Virus record (IMG/VR): IMGVR_UViG_3300020306_000007
Location: 1-37,686 of that record
Strand: one strand, 5' to 3'
Source: a virus
Lineage: Duplodnaviria > Caudoviricetes
Length of the DNA stretch: 37,686 nucleotides
Made by a program: the position numbers and the translations under genes. Below the pieces are notes generated by a model. It was given only the letters and a program-made list of their open reading frames with translations. It was not told where the DNA came from and made no database searches. Within the stretch, counting starts at the first letter, position 1. Every line of letters starts with the position of its first letter. Below are positions 1 through 9,392 of the stretch, one piece after another.

Positions 1-117
1 GAGCCATTAGCAAAAAAATTTGATGAAGGTATAGGATTTATATTAGATGATGTTTATCAGCAGTCATTTAAAAAACATGCCTCTACTTATAGACAAGATC
101 AGGTAAAAAGAATTTTT
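1..117 (+). repeat. Terminal direct repeat, left copy (imperfect)
   Basis: Matches 37570-37686 at 108 of 117 positions. Confidence 0.95.
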
Positions 118-1236
118 GACTCACATGCTGGAAAATTAAAATTTTTAGAAGATCAAGGAATAAATTTAAATCCCATTATGAAATCAACAGATTTAAGAAT
201 AAAAAAATATAAATCAAGTATTGGCAATAAAAATATGATTGGCATTTTTAATAAACTAACAGGAAAAAAAATAGAGGGTGTGCCAGAGGGCATAAGTGAT
301 GGATCTTTTCTTGTGCCTTATGGACAAAGTGGCACAGAGTATATTCAAAATCTTTACAAAGAAATGTCAAAACCAACGATTGATAAAATAAAAACAAGAA
401 CATTAATTAATAGTGCAATAGATAAATTTAAAGTATCTGATTTTAATGCCTGGAAAAAAGCAGAAATGGAAAAAATATTTAATCCAGAAAAGTTTTTTGA
501 AAGCACAAATCCTTATGCATACAATCCAAATCCAAAATTTAAAGAATATGAATTAAACAATCTAGTTAATTACATGAAAAAACAGCGACAAATTGGTGGG
601 GAACAAGGAATGGGCTCTAAGGGAGTGGGCAGATTAAAATCTGTTTTAACAGGAAAATTTAAAAACCTGGATGAAGTTAAAAAAAATAAATCACAGCTTG
701 TCGATAAAGAATTAGCTGAAAATAAAGAATTGTACGAAAAAACTCAAAATGATTTTTTTGAAATTTCTGAGGATTTGTGGGAAGGCTCTGATAAAGCTAT
801 TAATCAATTTAGTTTTATAGACACAGTTAATGATCAAATTTTTGAGGCAATTCAAAGAGGTGGATCCAAAGACGCTATTAGAAAAAGTTTTGATTTTTTA
901 GGAGATCTTCCTAATACCCAGGTTAATAAAATAGAAAAATTTATAAAAGATTTAGAAAAAGCTCCTGTTGAATACTTTGAGGCAAAACCAACAAGAGCAG
1001 TAGGGTTAGATGAATTTGCTGGAGCAATAGTTCCAACATACACAAGTCCAGAAACTTTACAGATTTTAAAAAATCTTGGCTTGAGAAGAGAGTTTTATGA
1101 TCCTAGATACCCTAAAACTAGGATCCAAGCTAGAGAAAAATTTAATAAAGAAATGTTTGCCTATCCATTAGGAATTTTAGGTGGAGGATCTTTATTCTTT
1201 AATGCCCAGGATCAAAACAACAATACAGACATTTGA
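1..1236 (+). CDS. C-terminal part of a ~621 aa gene that begins at 36940 and crosses the junction; putative ADP-ribosyltransferase-fold protein
   Basis: Frame 1 is open from base 1 through the listed ORF 178..1236; contains YFEAKPTRAVGLDEFAGAIVP and a Gly-rich hydrophobic C-terminus. Function is inferred. Confidence 0.6.
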   Translation, partial: EPLAKKFDEGIGFILDDVYQQSFKKHASTYRQDQVKRIFDSHAGKLKFLEDQGINLNPIMKSTDLRIKKYKSSIGNKNMIGIFNKLTGKKIEGVPEGISDGSFLVPYGQSGTEYIQNLYKEMSKPTIDKIKTRTLINSAIDKFKVSDFNAWKKAEMEKIFNPEKFFESTNPYAYNPNPKFKEYELNNLVNYMKKQRQIGGEQGMGSKGVGRLKSVLTGKFKNLDEVKKNKSQLVDKELAENKELYEKTQNDFFEISEDLWEGSDKAINQFSFIDTVNDQIFEAIQRGGSKDAIRKSFDFLGDLPNTQVNKIEKFIKDLEKAPVEYFEAKPTRAVGLDEFAGAIVPTYTSPETLQILKNLGLRREFYDPRYPKTRIQAREKFNKEMFAYPLGILGGGSLFFNAQDQNNNTDI

Positions 1237-1249
1237 GGTAAAATAAGCT

Positions 1250-3379
1250 ATGCAATACGAAAATCAAGAAACAGATCTTCTTGTAGAAGAGGAACAAGAT
1301 TACACAGAACTAGCATCAATCATTAAATCAGAAATGGATGATGCCCAGGATTTTTCAGAAGAGCTGGGGCAAGAGAGATCTGAAAATACAGATTACTATC
1401 TAGGAGAGGAGCCAAGTGATACCAGCGAATTGCAATCAGAGTATGTTTCAACAGATGTTAGAGAGGCTGTATTACATATTTTGCCATCAATTATGAGAGT
1501 ATTTTTTGGCACAAAAAAAGTTGTAGATTTTATTCCTAAGAACAAAGAGGATGTAGCCCTGGCAGAACAACAAACAAATTATATAAATTACATCATTAAT
1601 CAAAAAAATAATGGTTTCCAGGTTTTTTATAATGCTTTTAAAGATGCTTTGATTAGGAAAGCTGGATTTGTAAAAGCATATTTTGATGATGGCTTACAAG
1701 TCACTAATCACAATTACACAGGACTAACAGAGATCCAAAAAGATGCTTTGATTTTAGATCCTAATGTTGAGGTTGTATCTCAACAAGCAGAAATGGAAAT
1801 GATAGAAACTGTTAATGAGCTAGGAGAAACAGTTGTTCAAGAAACTCCTGTTTCTTTTGATCTAAAAATTAGAAGGATCACAAACAAAAGCAAAGTTTGT
1901 ATTGATGCTATTCCTCCAGAAGAGATTTTAATCTCCAGGGATGCCAGGACAATAGAAACAGCCGAATATGTTGCTCACAGAAAAATTTGTCCTGTTTCAG
2001 ATCTAGTAGCAATGGGTTATGACAGAGAGGAAATGTTAGAACATGCTGGAGCTGGTAAATACGATAATGAAACTTACAATGAAACAGTTGCTAGAAATCC
2101 ATTTGCAGAGCCAGATAGCACAGATAGACCTGATGATGATATGCAAAATGTTTTATATGTTGAGCATTATGTTTTGTATGATCTTGATGATGATGGTATA
2201 GCTGAAAGAATTAAAGTTTGTACTATCGGAAATGGTTGTAGGATCATAAATGTTGAGCCATGTGATGTTTTACCAATCGCAATGTTTCAATCAGATCCAG
2301 AGCCTCATACTGTCGTTGGACAATGTATGGCTGATTATTTAAAAGGGATCCAAAGTGCAAAATCACAAATTATGAGAGATACCCTAGATAGCCTGGGGCA
2401 TTCTATTTTTCCCAGGATGGTAATTACTGAGGGGCAAGTAAATATTGATGATGTTTTAAATACAGATATTGGACAGCCAATCAGAGTCAGGACTCCAGGG
2501 GCAGTACAGCCTTTGAGTGTTCCCTTTGTAGGCAAAGATGCTTTCCCTGTTTTAAATTACCTGGATAGTGTTAAAGAAGATCGTACAGGCACATCAAAAG
2601 CCTCTGCTGGATTAAATGCAGATGCATTACAAAGCTCAACTAAAACAGCAGTTGCGGCCACAATGTCAGCCTCCCAGGGCAGAACAGAATTAATCTGTAG
2701 GCATTTTGCTGAAACAGGCATGAAACCATTGTTTAAAATTATTTATAACCTGGTTGTTAGGCATCAAAACCAGGAAGAGATGTTTAGATTAAACAATGAT
2801 TTTATTCCTGTAGATCCAAGATATTGGGATGCAGATAAAGATGTAGAGATCTCAGTTGCAATCTCCAAAACCTCTGATGAGGAAAAAGGTCAGTTTTTAA
2901 CTCAGCTAGTGCAAATTCAAAAAGAGGCATTTCAACAAATGGGAGGCAACAATCCCCTTGTGACTCCACAACAATTCTCAAACACACTAGCCAAATTGAT
3001 AGAACTAGCTGGGTTTAAAGATGTTAATGAATTTATTAATACAGAGGTCGTTGTTCCTCCACAAGATCCTAGCCAGGAGAAACCAAGTGGAGAAGAATTA
3101 CTAGCAATGGCTGAGTCTGAAAAGGCAAAAGCCCAAGCAAATAAGGCCATCCTGGATGCTGAAAATGACAGATTAAAAATGATGATGGATGATGATTTCA
3201 AAAGAGATCAAGCCAACACAGATGCTCTGTTAAAAGTTATGGAATTAAATGCTAAATATGGAACTGAATTACAAATGAATGAAGTAAATGCATATTTAGA
3301 AAGAGATAAAGAAGAAATTAGGCAAAGGAATAAAAATGGATCCATTGATGGAACTCTTCCTGGAAGAACAGAGATCTAA
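1250..3379 (+). CDS. Portal protein
   Basis: 709 aa acidic protein; YYLGE..SEYVSTDVREAV..LPSIMRVF and AFKDALIRKAGFVK portal-type motifs; lies after TerL; RBS gaggt. Confidence 0.9.
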   Translation: MQYENQETDLLVEEEQDYTELASIIKSEMDDAQDFSEELGQERSENTDYYLGEEPSDTSELQSEYVSTDVREAVLHILPSIMRVFFGTKKVVDFIPKNKEDVALAEQQTNYINYIINQKNNGFQVFYNAFKDALIRKAGFVKAYFDDGLQVTNHNYTGLTEIQKDALILDPNVEVVSQQAEMEMIETVNELGETVVQETPVSFDLKIRRITNKSKVCIDAIPPEEILISRDARTIETAEYVAHRKICPVSDLVAMGYDREEMLEHAGAGKYDNETYNETVARNPFAEPDSTDRPDDDMQNVLYVEHYVLYDLDDDGIAERIKVCTIGNGCRIINVEPCDVLPIAMFQSDPEPHTVVGQCMADYLKGIQSAKSQIMRDTLDSLGHSIFPRMVITEGQVNIDDVLNTDIGQPIRVRTPGAVQPLSVPFVGKDAFPVLNYLDSVKEDRTGTSKASAGLNADALQSSTKTAVAATMSASQGRTELICRHFAETGMKPLFKIIYNLVVRHQNQEEMFRLNNDFIPVDPRYWDADKDVEISVAISKTSDEEKGQFLTQLVQIQKEAFQQMGGNNPLVTPQQFSNTLAKLIELAGFKDVNEFINTEVVVPPQDPSQEKPSGEELLAMAESEKAKAQANKAILDAENDRLKMMMDDDFKRDQANTDALLKVMELNAKYGTELQMNEVNAYLERDKEEIRQRNKNGSIDGTLPGRTEI

Positions 3380-3551
3380 ATCTAAGATCTTTCACTTGGA
3401 GGCATTTGTCCAGGACTATGCCTATATTGGCACAGACATAAAAGCTGACTCGCTAGACGAGGCAGAGTTAATTTTAAAATCTGTCTTTGGATCTGCTTTT
3501 CCAGGAGATGATCCAGAGATTTACTGTTTATCAGAGGAGTGGGTACATTAA
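3336..3551 (+). CDS. Hypothetical protein
   Basis: 71 aa ORF whose stop overlaps the next start (taatg). Confidence 0.55.
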   Translation: MDPLMELFLEEQRSKSKIFHLEAFVQDYAYIGTDIKADSLDEAELILKSVFGSAFPGDDPEIYCLSEEWVH

Positions 3552-3817
3552 TGGCAACTAAAAAAGATCCAAGATTGAAAAGAGCTGGAGTATCTGGCTT
3601 TAATAAACCAAAAAGAACACCAAGCCATCCAACTAAATCTCATGTTGTTGTCGCTAAAGAAGGCGATAAGATCAAAACGATTAGGTTTGGACAGCAAGGA
3701 GTAAGGGGCGATAGAACTATGACTAAGAGAGCTAAGTCTTTCAAAGCTAGGCATAGGAAAAATATCGCAAAAGGTAAAATGTCTGCGGCCTATTGGGCTA
3801 ACAGATCGAAATGGTAG
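3551..3817 (+). CDS. Small basic phage protein (DUF5754-like)
   Basis: KTIRFGQQG...FKARH...SAAYWA..KW motif; start taken at ATG 3551 after gaggag. Confidence 0.7.
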   Translation: MATKKDPRLKRAGVSGFNKPKRTPSHPTKSHVVVAKEGDKIKTIRFGQQGVRGDRTMTKRAKSFKARHRKNIAKGKMSAAYWANRSKW

Positions 3818-3826
3818 GAGGAAACT

Positions 3827-3991
3827 ATGCCAGGTAAAAGAGGATTGTATGCGAATATCCATGCAAAACGAAAAAGGATCAAAGCTGGATCTAAAGAAAA
3901 AATGAGAAAGCCAGGATCTAAAGGGGCCCCAACAGCCAAACAATTTAAACAAGCGGCCAAAACTGCTAAAAAACCAAAGAAGAGGAAATAA
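3827..3991 (+). CDS. 54 aa Lys/Arg-rich mini-protein (not in ORF track)
   Basis: MPGKRGLYANIHAKRKRIKAGSKEKMRKPGSKGAPTAKQFKQAAKTAKKPKKRK; strong RBS aggagg. Confidence 0.8.
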   Translation: MPGKRGLYANIHAKRKRIKAGSKEKMRKPGSKGAPTAKQFKQAAKTAKKPKKRK

Positions 3992-3992
3992 A

Positions 3993-4073
3993 ATGCCAAG
4001 AGGAAAAGGAACTTATGGGAGCAAGGTAGGAAGGCCTCCCAAAAAAAATAAAAAGAAAAATAAAAAGAAATAG
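3993..4073 (+). CDS. 26 aa Lys-rich peptide with AT-hook-like GRP (not in ORF track)
   Basis: MPRGKGTYGSKVGRPPKKNKKKNKKK; RBS gagga; fills the gap between neighbours exactly. Confidence 0.7.
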   Translation: MPRGKGTYGSKVGRPPKKNKKKNKKK

Positions 4074-4079
4074 GTAGTT

Positions 4080-4442
4080 ATGTCTTTCGAGGATCACTAT
4101 CTTGAGTTATCTATTTTTCTTTTTAGTGTCCTAGGTGGACTTATGCTGAAAGATTATTCTGTTTCTTTAATCAAAGGATTAAAGTTCAAACTTAATTCTC
4201 AATTCCAGGAAGGACAAAAAGTTCTCCTGGAAGGGGAACAGGCAATGATCGTTAAGATAGGTTGGCAAGTGACAACTTTTGGAGTTTATTCTCCCAGGGG
4301 CTACACCTGGAGATATGTTAGTAATACAAAAATAGAAAGTTTAAAATTAGAAAAAATAGTTGATGCAGATCTTCATGTGGACTCAGCTCACGAAAAAGCA
4401 ATGAAACTTAGAAATATTTTAGAAGGTAAGGAAAGTGATTGA
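4080..4442 (+). CDS. Membrane protein with MscS-like beta domain
   Basis: N-terminal TM helix, then FQEGQKVLLEGEQAMIVKIGWQVTTF..WRYVSNTKI, resembling the MscS middle domain. Confidence 0.55.
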   Translation: MSFEDHYLELSIFLFSVLGGLMLKDYSVSLIKGLKFKLNSQFQEGQKVLLEGEQAMIVKIGWQVTTFGVYSPRGYTWRYVSNTKIESLKLEKIVDADLHVDSAHEKAMKLRNILEGKESD

Positions 4443-4857
4443 TAAATTTTTACAGCCCATAACAGGGATCATAGATAAATTAGTTCCAGATAAAACAAAA
4501 AAAATGGAACTTGAACATGCAATCAAAACTCAAATGTTTGAGTTATCTAAACAACAAAACGAAGTTAATTTAGCCCAGGCAAAACATGGATCCATTTTTG
4601 TAGCTGGGGCCAGGCCTGCAATCATGTGGATTTGTGCCCTGGGGCTTTTTTGGAGTTTTTTCCTGGCTCCATTATTAAATTGGGGTGTTGTTGTATTTGG
4701 AGTAGATATACAGCCTCCAACTATAAATACCGAAGGTTTAATGACTCTTACTCTTAGCTTGTTAGGTTTAGGATCTATGAGAAGTTATGAAAAGGCTAAA
4801 GGAGTTGCCAGGAACAACATGAGAGAAGAAAATACTAAGGATGCTTATAAACCATGA
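4435..4857 (+). CDS. Holin (3TM GTA-holin family)
   Basis: RPAIMWIC and LLGLGSMRSYEKAKGV motifs; TM segments; close to the endolysin. Confidence 0.85.
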   Translation: MIDKFLQPITGIIDKLVPDKTKKMELEHAIKTQMFELSKQQNEVNLAQAKHGSIFVAGARPAIMWICALGLFWSFFLAPLLNWGVVVFGVDIQPPTINTEGLMTLTLSLLGLGSMRSYEKAKGVARNNMREENTKDAYKP

Positions 4858-5039
4858 TGTTTATTACTGAAATAAAAGTTATTAAGTCTGATGGACTTGA
4901 AGAGATCCATAGTGGGCCAATTATCCAGGCTAGATCTCACAAAGAGGCACAAGAAAAAGCCAGGACAATGAATGCAGATCTAAAAGTTGTTGGCAAATAT
5001 ATTTCTGAATTAGAGGCTAATGATGAGTTGGCAATCTGA
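4854..5039 (+). CDS. Hypothetical protein
   Basis: 61 aa ORF overlapping both neighbours. Confidence 0.6.
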   Translation: MMFITEIKVIKSDGLEEIHSGPIIQARSHKEAQEKARTMNADLKVVGKYISELEANDELAI

Positions 5040-5418
5040 CAGCAAATGGCCAGCTCCTAACTTTTCCTCGGAAGAGTTGGCATGTTCGCATTGTGGAGAA
5101 GAAGAAATGGATCATGCTTTTCTAAAAAAATTACAAGATCTTAGATCTGATTTTGGATCTCCAATGATTATTACTTCTGCTTATAGATGTGAAGATCATC
5201 CCAACGAAAAATCAAAAAAAGTTCCTGGAGCACATTGCCAGGGCAAAGCAGTAGATATTTTAATAAATAGATCTGAGGCATACAGATTACTTAGCCTGGC
5301 ATTACAGCATGGCTTCACAGGTATTGGAGTTGCCCAAAAAGGTTATAACAATTCCAGGTTTATACACTTGGATTGGAATGTAGAAGATAAACCTAGACCA
5401 ACAATCTGGAGCTACTAA
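5020..5418 (+). CDS. Endolysin, peptidase M15A family
   Basis: NFSSEELAC..C, ITSAYRC..H, H-x6-D (AHCQGKAVD) and FIHLD zinc ligands. Confidence 0.9.
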   Translation: MMSWQSDSKWPAPNFSSEELACSHCGEEEMDHAFLKKLQDLRSDFGSPMIITSAYRCEDHPNEKSKKVPGAHCQGKAVDILINRSEAYRLLSLALQHGFTGIGVAQKGYNNSRFIHLDWNVEDKPRPTIWSY

Positions 5419-5657
5419 TGGAAATAAATCCAATCATAATCTGGAATGCTATTTTGAGTTTGGTTTATGCTCCTTTGATCTATGCGATTAGATCTAATGC
5501 AAATGAGATCCAAAGAATAAATATTTTAATTAACAGAACTAGAGAAGAAATTGCTATGCATTATGTTTCAAAATCAGATAATGAAAGAGATATGGATATG
5601 TTAATTAAGAGATTTGATAAATTAGAAGAAAAATTAGATCAGGTGTTAAATGGATAA
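5418..5657 (+). CDS. Small membrane-anchored coiled-coil protein
   Basis: N-terminal hydrophobic helix; C-terminal RFDKLEEKLD heptads. Confidence 0.65.
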   Translation: MEINPIIIWNAILSLVYAPLIYAIRSNANEIQRINILINRTREEIAMHYVSKSDNERDMDMLIKRFDKLEEKLDQVLNG

Positions 5658-5916
5658 AGAAACTGAAATCAGAGAAGGCTTAGAGGCAGAAAACATTTTA
5701 AAATCTGATGTTTTTAAAAAAACTTTTATTAATTATAAAAATGAATTAATAGAAACATGGGAACAGACTTCGCCAGAGGATGTAGCTCTCAGAGAGAGTA
5801 TCTATAAGGCAATACAAATCTTACCAGAGGTTGAAAGACACCTCAGGATCATCATCAACAATGGGAAAATTACTACTCAACAAATTGAAAAAATGAGTGG
5901 TGTTTTCAAAATATAA
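5650..5916 (+). CDS. Hypothetical protein upstream of scaffold
   Basis: 88 aa helical ORF with RBS aggtg. Confidence 0.7.
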   Translation: MDKETEIREGLEAENILKSDVFKKTFINYKNELIETWEQTSPEDVALRESIYKAIQILPEVERHLRIIINNGKITTQQIEKMSGVFKI

Positions 5917-5979
5917 TTTTTTTAACCTGGATAGCTTTAGATTAAAAGTTAGAAAGGTTAAAATACAAACTATTGAGGT

Positions 5980-7005
5980 ATGAATATGTCCAATAACGAA
6001 AATGAAACGATTGGATCTCAAACTGAAATGCAAGATGCAGTTCAATCCTTCGAGGAACTTTTAACTCCTGATAATGAAAAGGAACAAGTTGAAACCCCTG
6101 AGGAAGAAATAGCAGAAAATCAAGTTGAAGAAGTTGAAGCTGAGGATCTAGATCCAGAACAGGATCTCCAGGAAACCGAAGAAGAAACAGAATTTGACGA
6201 AGATCAATCAGAAGAAGATGATATTGAAACTGATGATGAACAGGAACTTATAACCATCAAAGTTGATGGGGAAGAAATTGAAGTCAGCCTGGATGAATTA
6301 AAAAGTGGATATAGTCGGCAGAAAGATTACACGAGAAAGACACAAGAAGTTTCTAATCAAAGAAAAGATCTTGAATTAAAAACTCAAGAAGTTTCTAAGA
6401 AAGAAATGGAAATGTCTGAGGAAAGAGCTTTATACAAAGAGTTATTACCCAAAATGCAATTAATGTTGAAAAACAACATGAAAGCTGAGCCAGATTGGGC
6501 ACAACTTATTGATGAAGATCCTCAAGAGTATTTAAGGCAGAAACAAAAGTGGGAACAGCAAGGAACTACTTTGAACTTTATAGATGCTGAGCTCGAAAGA
6601 ACTAAGAATGAGGCCCTCCAGGCTGAATTAGATCTTATCGAACAGCAAAAAAATGAGGCTAAAGTAATAATTGCAGATAAGATCCCTGAGTGGAAAGACG
6701 ATAAAATCGCAGAAAAAGAGGTTAATGAGATCTCTGAGTATGCTAGATCTCTTGGCTTTACAAATGAGGAACTCTCCCAGGTTTATGATGGCAGACTTGT
6801 AGTTTTACTAAGGGATGCCTGGCAACACAGCAAAACTAAAAAAGCTGTAGCTAAAAAACCTAAAGAGTCAGCATCAAGAAGAGTTGCAAAACCAGGCACA
6901 GCTACAAAGCCAAAAGGTAATATCAATCTTAAAAAAGCTCAACAAAAACTAAGGCAATCAGGCAAAGTTTCTGATGCTACAAAAGTTTTTGAACAATTAA
7001 TTTAA
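5980..7005 (+). CDS. Capsid scaffolding protein
   Basis: Acidic N-terminus; IKVDGEEIEVSLDELKSGYSRQKDYTRKTQE motif; directly before the capsid gene. Confidence 0.9.
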   Translation: MNMSNNENETIGSQTEMQDAVQSFEELLTPDNEKEQVETPEEEIAENQVEEVEAEDLDPEQDLQETEEETEFDEDQSEEDDIETDDEQELITIKVDGEEIEVSLDELKSGYSRQKDYTRKTQEVSNQRKDLELKTQEVSKKEMEMSEERALYKELLPKMQLMLKNNMKAEPDWAQLIDEDPQEYLRQKQKWEQQGTTLNFIDAELERTKNEALQAELDLIEQQKNEAKVIIADKIPEWKDDKIAEKEVNEISEYARSLGFTNEELSQVYDGRLVVLLRDAWQHSKTKKAVAKKPKESASRRVAKPGTATKPKGNINLKKAQQKLRQSGKVSDATKVFEQLI

Positions 7006-7028
7006 ACTTTTTTTAAGAGGATAAAATC

Positions 7029-7973
7029 ATGGCAAAAATTACGAATGCTTATGACACTTATTCAGCGACTACAAATAGAGAGGCTTTGGCTAATACTATC
7101 TTTAACTTAGATCCAACTGCTACTCCATTTATGTCTGCAATAGGTACAAAAAATGTGTCCAATGTCACTTTTGATTGGAGCACAGAAAATCTCCCTAGCA
7201 TATCTGCTACAGGAGAATTAGAGGGATTTGAGATCTCTAGAGCGGCCGCAACTCCTGTTGTTCGTCAATCTAATGTATGTCAAATCAATTCAGTAAATGT
7301 GACAGTCACTAATTCACAGAACTCTATGGATGTGGCTGGTAAAAGATCTGAAATGGCACATCAAATGGCTTTACTTTCCAAAGCTCTAAAAAGAAATATG
7401 GAAACTGCTATTTGTCAAAACCAGGCTAAAAATTCTGGTAATGCGACAACGGCCAGAGCTACTAGATCTTTTGAGGCATGGCTTTCAAGCAATGTGTCTA
7501 GAGGTACAGGTGGAGCTAATGGATCTGCCTCGGCCGCGGCCACAGATGCTAGTTCTGGAAACCAAAGAGCATTAACTGAAACTTTGTTAAAAGGTGTACT
7601 CCAATCTATGTTCACTAATGGGGCTGAGCCAAACATGGCAATAGCTGGCCCACATAACAAACAAGTGATCTCTGGATTTACAGGTAGATCTAACACTAGA
7701 CAAAATATAGACAGCGATACTGTATCTGCATCTATAAGTTTGTATGCATCTGACTTTGGAACTTTGCAAATTGTTCCATCTAACAGATCAAGAGATAGAT
7801 CTTTACTATTAATAGATCCTGAATACTTGAAACATGCATTTTTGAGAACTTTCCAAACAATAGATATTTCAACTATTGGGGATGCTGAAACAAAAATGAT
7901 AGTAGCTGAACATGGACTAGAAGTGAGCTCAGAACAAGCTCATGGAATAGTTGCTGATTTAACTACTTCATAA
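7029..7973 (+). CDS. Major capsid protein (DUF5309/SU10-like)
   Basis: NREALANTIFNLDPTATPFMSAIG, SNVCQI, IGDAETKMIVAEHGLEV motifs; strong RBS; followed by a terminator. Confidence 0.9.
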   Translation: MAKITNAYDTYSATTNREALANTIFNLDPTATPFMSAIGTKNVSNVTFDWSTENLPSISATGELEGFEISRAAATPVVRQSNVCQINSVNVTVTNSQNSMDVAGKRSEMAHQMALLSKALKRNMETAICQNQAKNSGNATTARATRSFEAWLSSNVSRGTGGANGSASAAATDASSGNQRALTETLLKGVLQSMFTNGAEPNMAIAGPHNKQVISGFTGRSNTRQNIDSDTVSASISLYASDFGTLQIVPSNRSRDRSLLLIDPEYLKHAFLRTFQTIDISTIGDAETKMIVAEHGLEVSSEQAHGIVADLTTS

Positions 7974-7981
7974 TCAATTTA

Positions 7982-8009
7982 GGGGAGGGGCTTAGCCTCT
8001 CCCCATTTT
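7982..8009 (+). terminator. Intrinsic terminator after capsid gene
   Basis: GGGGAGGGGC-TTA-GCCTCTCCCC stem followed by ATTTT. Confidence 0.75.
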
Positions 8010-8019
8010 GAGATCAAGT

Positions 8020-8322
8020 ATGAGCAAAGTGACAACTGTTATAGCCCACAAGCATAATTTAACTACCTCTTTGGTTAGTGAAGATGATGCTGGAAAAACT
8101 ATTTCAACTCAGGACATAACCAAGACTTTAGAATTTGCCAAGCATCTAGGAGATACAAATAATTTTGCTCCTGGAAAAGATCTTAGGCATGTTGCAGAAG
8201 TTCCCCTGGTTATTTATGAGAAGGCAGTTTTAGAAGGATGGGCAAATGACAAAGATGCCTGGAAGAAATGGTTGAATGCTCCAGAGAATAAACCATTTCG
8301 TACCTGGCCTGGGAAGATCTAA
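8020..8322 (+). CDS. Conserved-type phage protein after capsid
   Basis: RHVAEVPLV..WKKWLNAPEN.PFRT.PG pattern; ATG at 8020. Confidence 0.7.
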   Translation: MSKVTTVIAHKHNLTTSLVSEDDAGKTISTQDITKTLEFAKHLGDTNNFAPGKDLRHVAEVPLVIYEKAVLEGWANDKDAWKKWLNAPENKPFRTWPGKI

Positions 8323-8969
8323 TGACTTATGATGAATTAAAAACAAGAATAGCTGACTATCTAAACAGATCAGATCTAGGAAGTGTGATTGATAGTTTTA
8401 TTGATCAAACTGAGTCTGAAATTAACAGAAAATTAAGACACAAAGATATGATCAAAAGATCTACAGCAGTTTTGGATAATCAATATTCGCAACTGCCTGG
8501 AGATTGGTTGGGAGCAATAAATGTGGATCTGCAAACAGGAGATCCTGTTCCATTGTTTCAAAAATCTTTAGAAAGTTTAGATCTATATAGAAACAGTATT
8601 CAAAACACATCAGGTCAGCCTAAGTATTTTGCGATTGATGGAGATACCCTTGAGGTATGTCCTACTCCAGATCAGAGTTATACAATCCAAATGACTTACT
8701 ATGCTGAGATCCCAGCTTTAAGCTCAACAGTATCAGAAAACTTTTTGTCCAGGACAGCTCCAGATGTTTATCTTTATGGAGCTCTCAAACATGCCTCTGT
8801 TTATTTAATGGAGGATGAAAGGATCCAATTTTTCGCTGGGCAATTTGAAAAAGCATTAGAAGAATTAAGGATCCAACAACAACAAGGAGCCTTTGGTAAG
8901 GGATCTCTCTTAGTAAGAAAGAGAACTTATGGAGGCAAAACTAAACCACAATATTATTACAAGTCTTAA
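8322..8969 (+). CDS. Head-tail adaptor / tail tubular protein A-like
   Basis: MTYDELK..IADYLNRSDL, GQPKYFA, PTPDQSY, PDVYLYGAL motifs. Confidence 0.8.
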   Translation: MTYDELKTRIADYLNRSDLGSVIDSFIDQTESEINRKLRHKDMIKRSTAVLDNQYSQLPGDWLGAINVDLQTGDPVPLFQKSLESLDLYRNSIQNTSGQPKYFAIDGDTLEVCPTPDQSYTIQMTYYAEIPALSSTVSENFLSRTAPDVYLYGALKHASVYLMEDERIQFFAGQFEKALEELRIQQQQGAFGKGSLLVRKRTYGGKTKPQYYYKS

Positions 8970-8987
8970 TTACCAAGGAGGTACAAA

Positions 8988-9383
8988 ATGGCTGGATTTT
9001 CGGATTATTTAGAAACAAAAGTTCTAGATCATGTTTTTGGAGGAACTTCTTATACAGCTCCTTCAACTTTATATGTGGCTCTGTTCACAGCGGCCCCTAC
9101 TGATACTGCTGGATCAGGCACAGAAGTTTCAACTTCTGGAACTGCTTATGCAAGGCAAACAATAACTTTTACAACTTCTGGTGGAACTACATCAAACACA
9201 TCTGCTGTTGAATACAGTACTGCAACTGGATCAGGTTTCGGAACTGTAGTTGCAATGGCTATTTTTGATGCATCTACAGGAGGGAACATGTTGGCCTATG
9301 GAACTTTGACTACATCTAAATCAGTTTCGGCTGGAGATGTATTCAGATTTAATGCATCAGCGATTGATATAACTCTTACATAA
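8988..9383 (+). CDS. Virion structural (tail-associated) protein
   Basis: FSDYLE.KVLDH..LYVALFTAAP..YARQ..GGNMLAYG pattern; RBS aggagg. Confidence 0.75.
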   Translation: MAGFSDYLETKVLDHVFGGTSYTAPSTLYVALFTAAPTDTAGSGTEVSTSGTAYARQTITFTTSGGTTSNTSAVEYSTATGSGFGTVVAMAIFDASTGGNMLAYGTLTTSKSVSAGDVFRFNASAIDITLT

Positions 9384-9392
9384 GGAGCTTAA

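Noticed and set aside
1-117. Diversity-generating retroelement TR/VR pair from the two terminal copies
   Set aside because: Mismatches are not confined to adenines in either copy, and no reverse transcriptase is encoded
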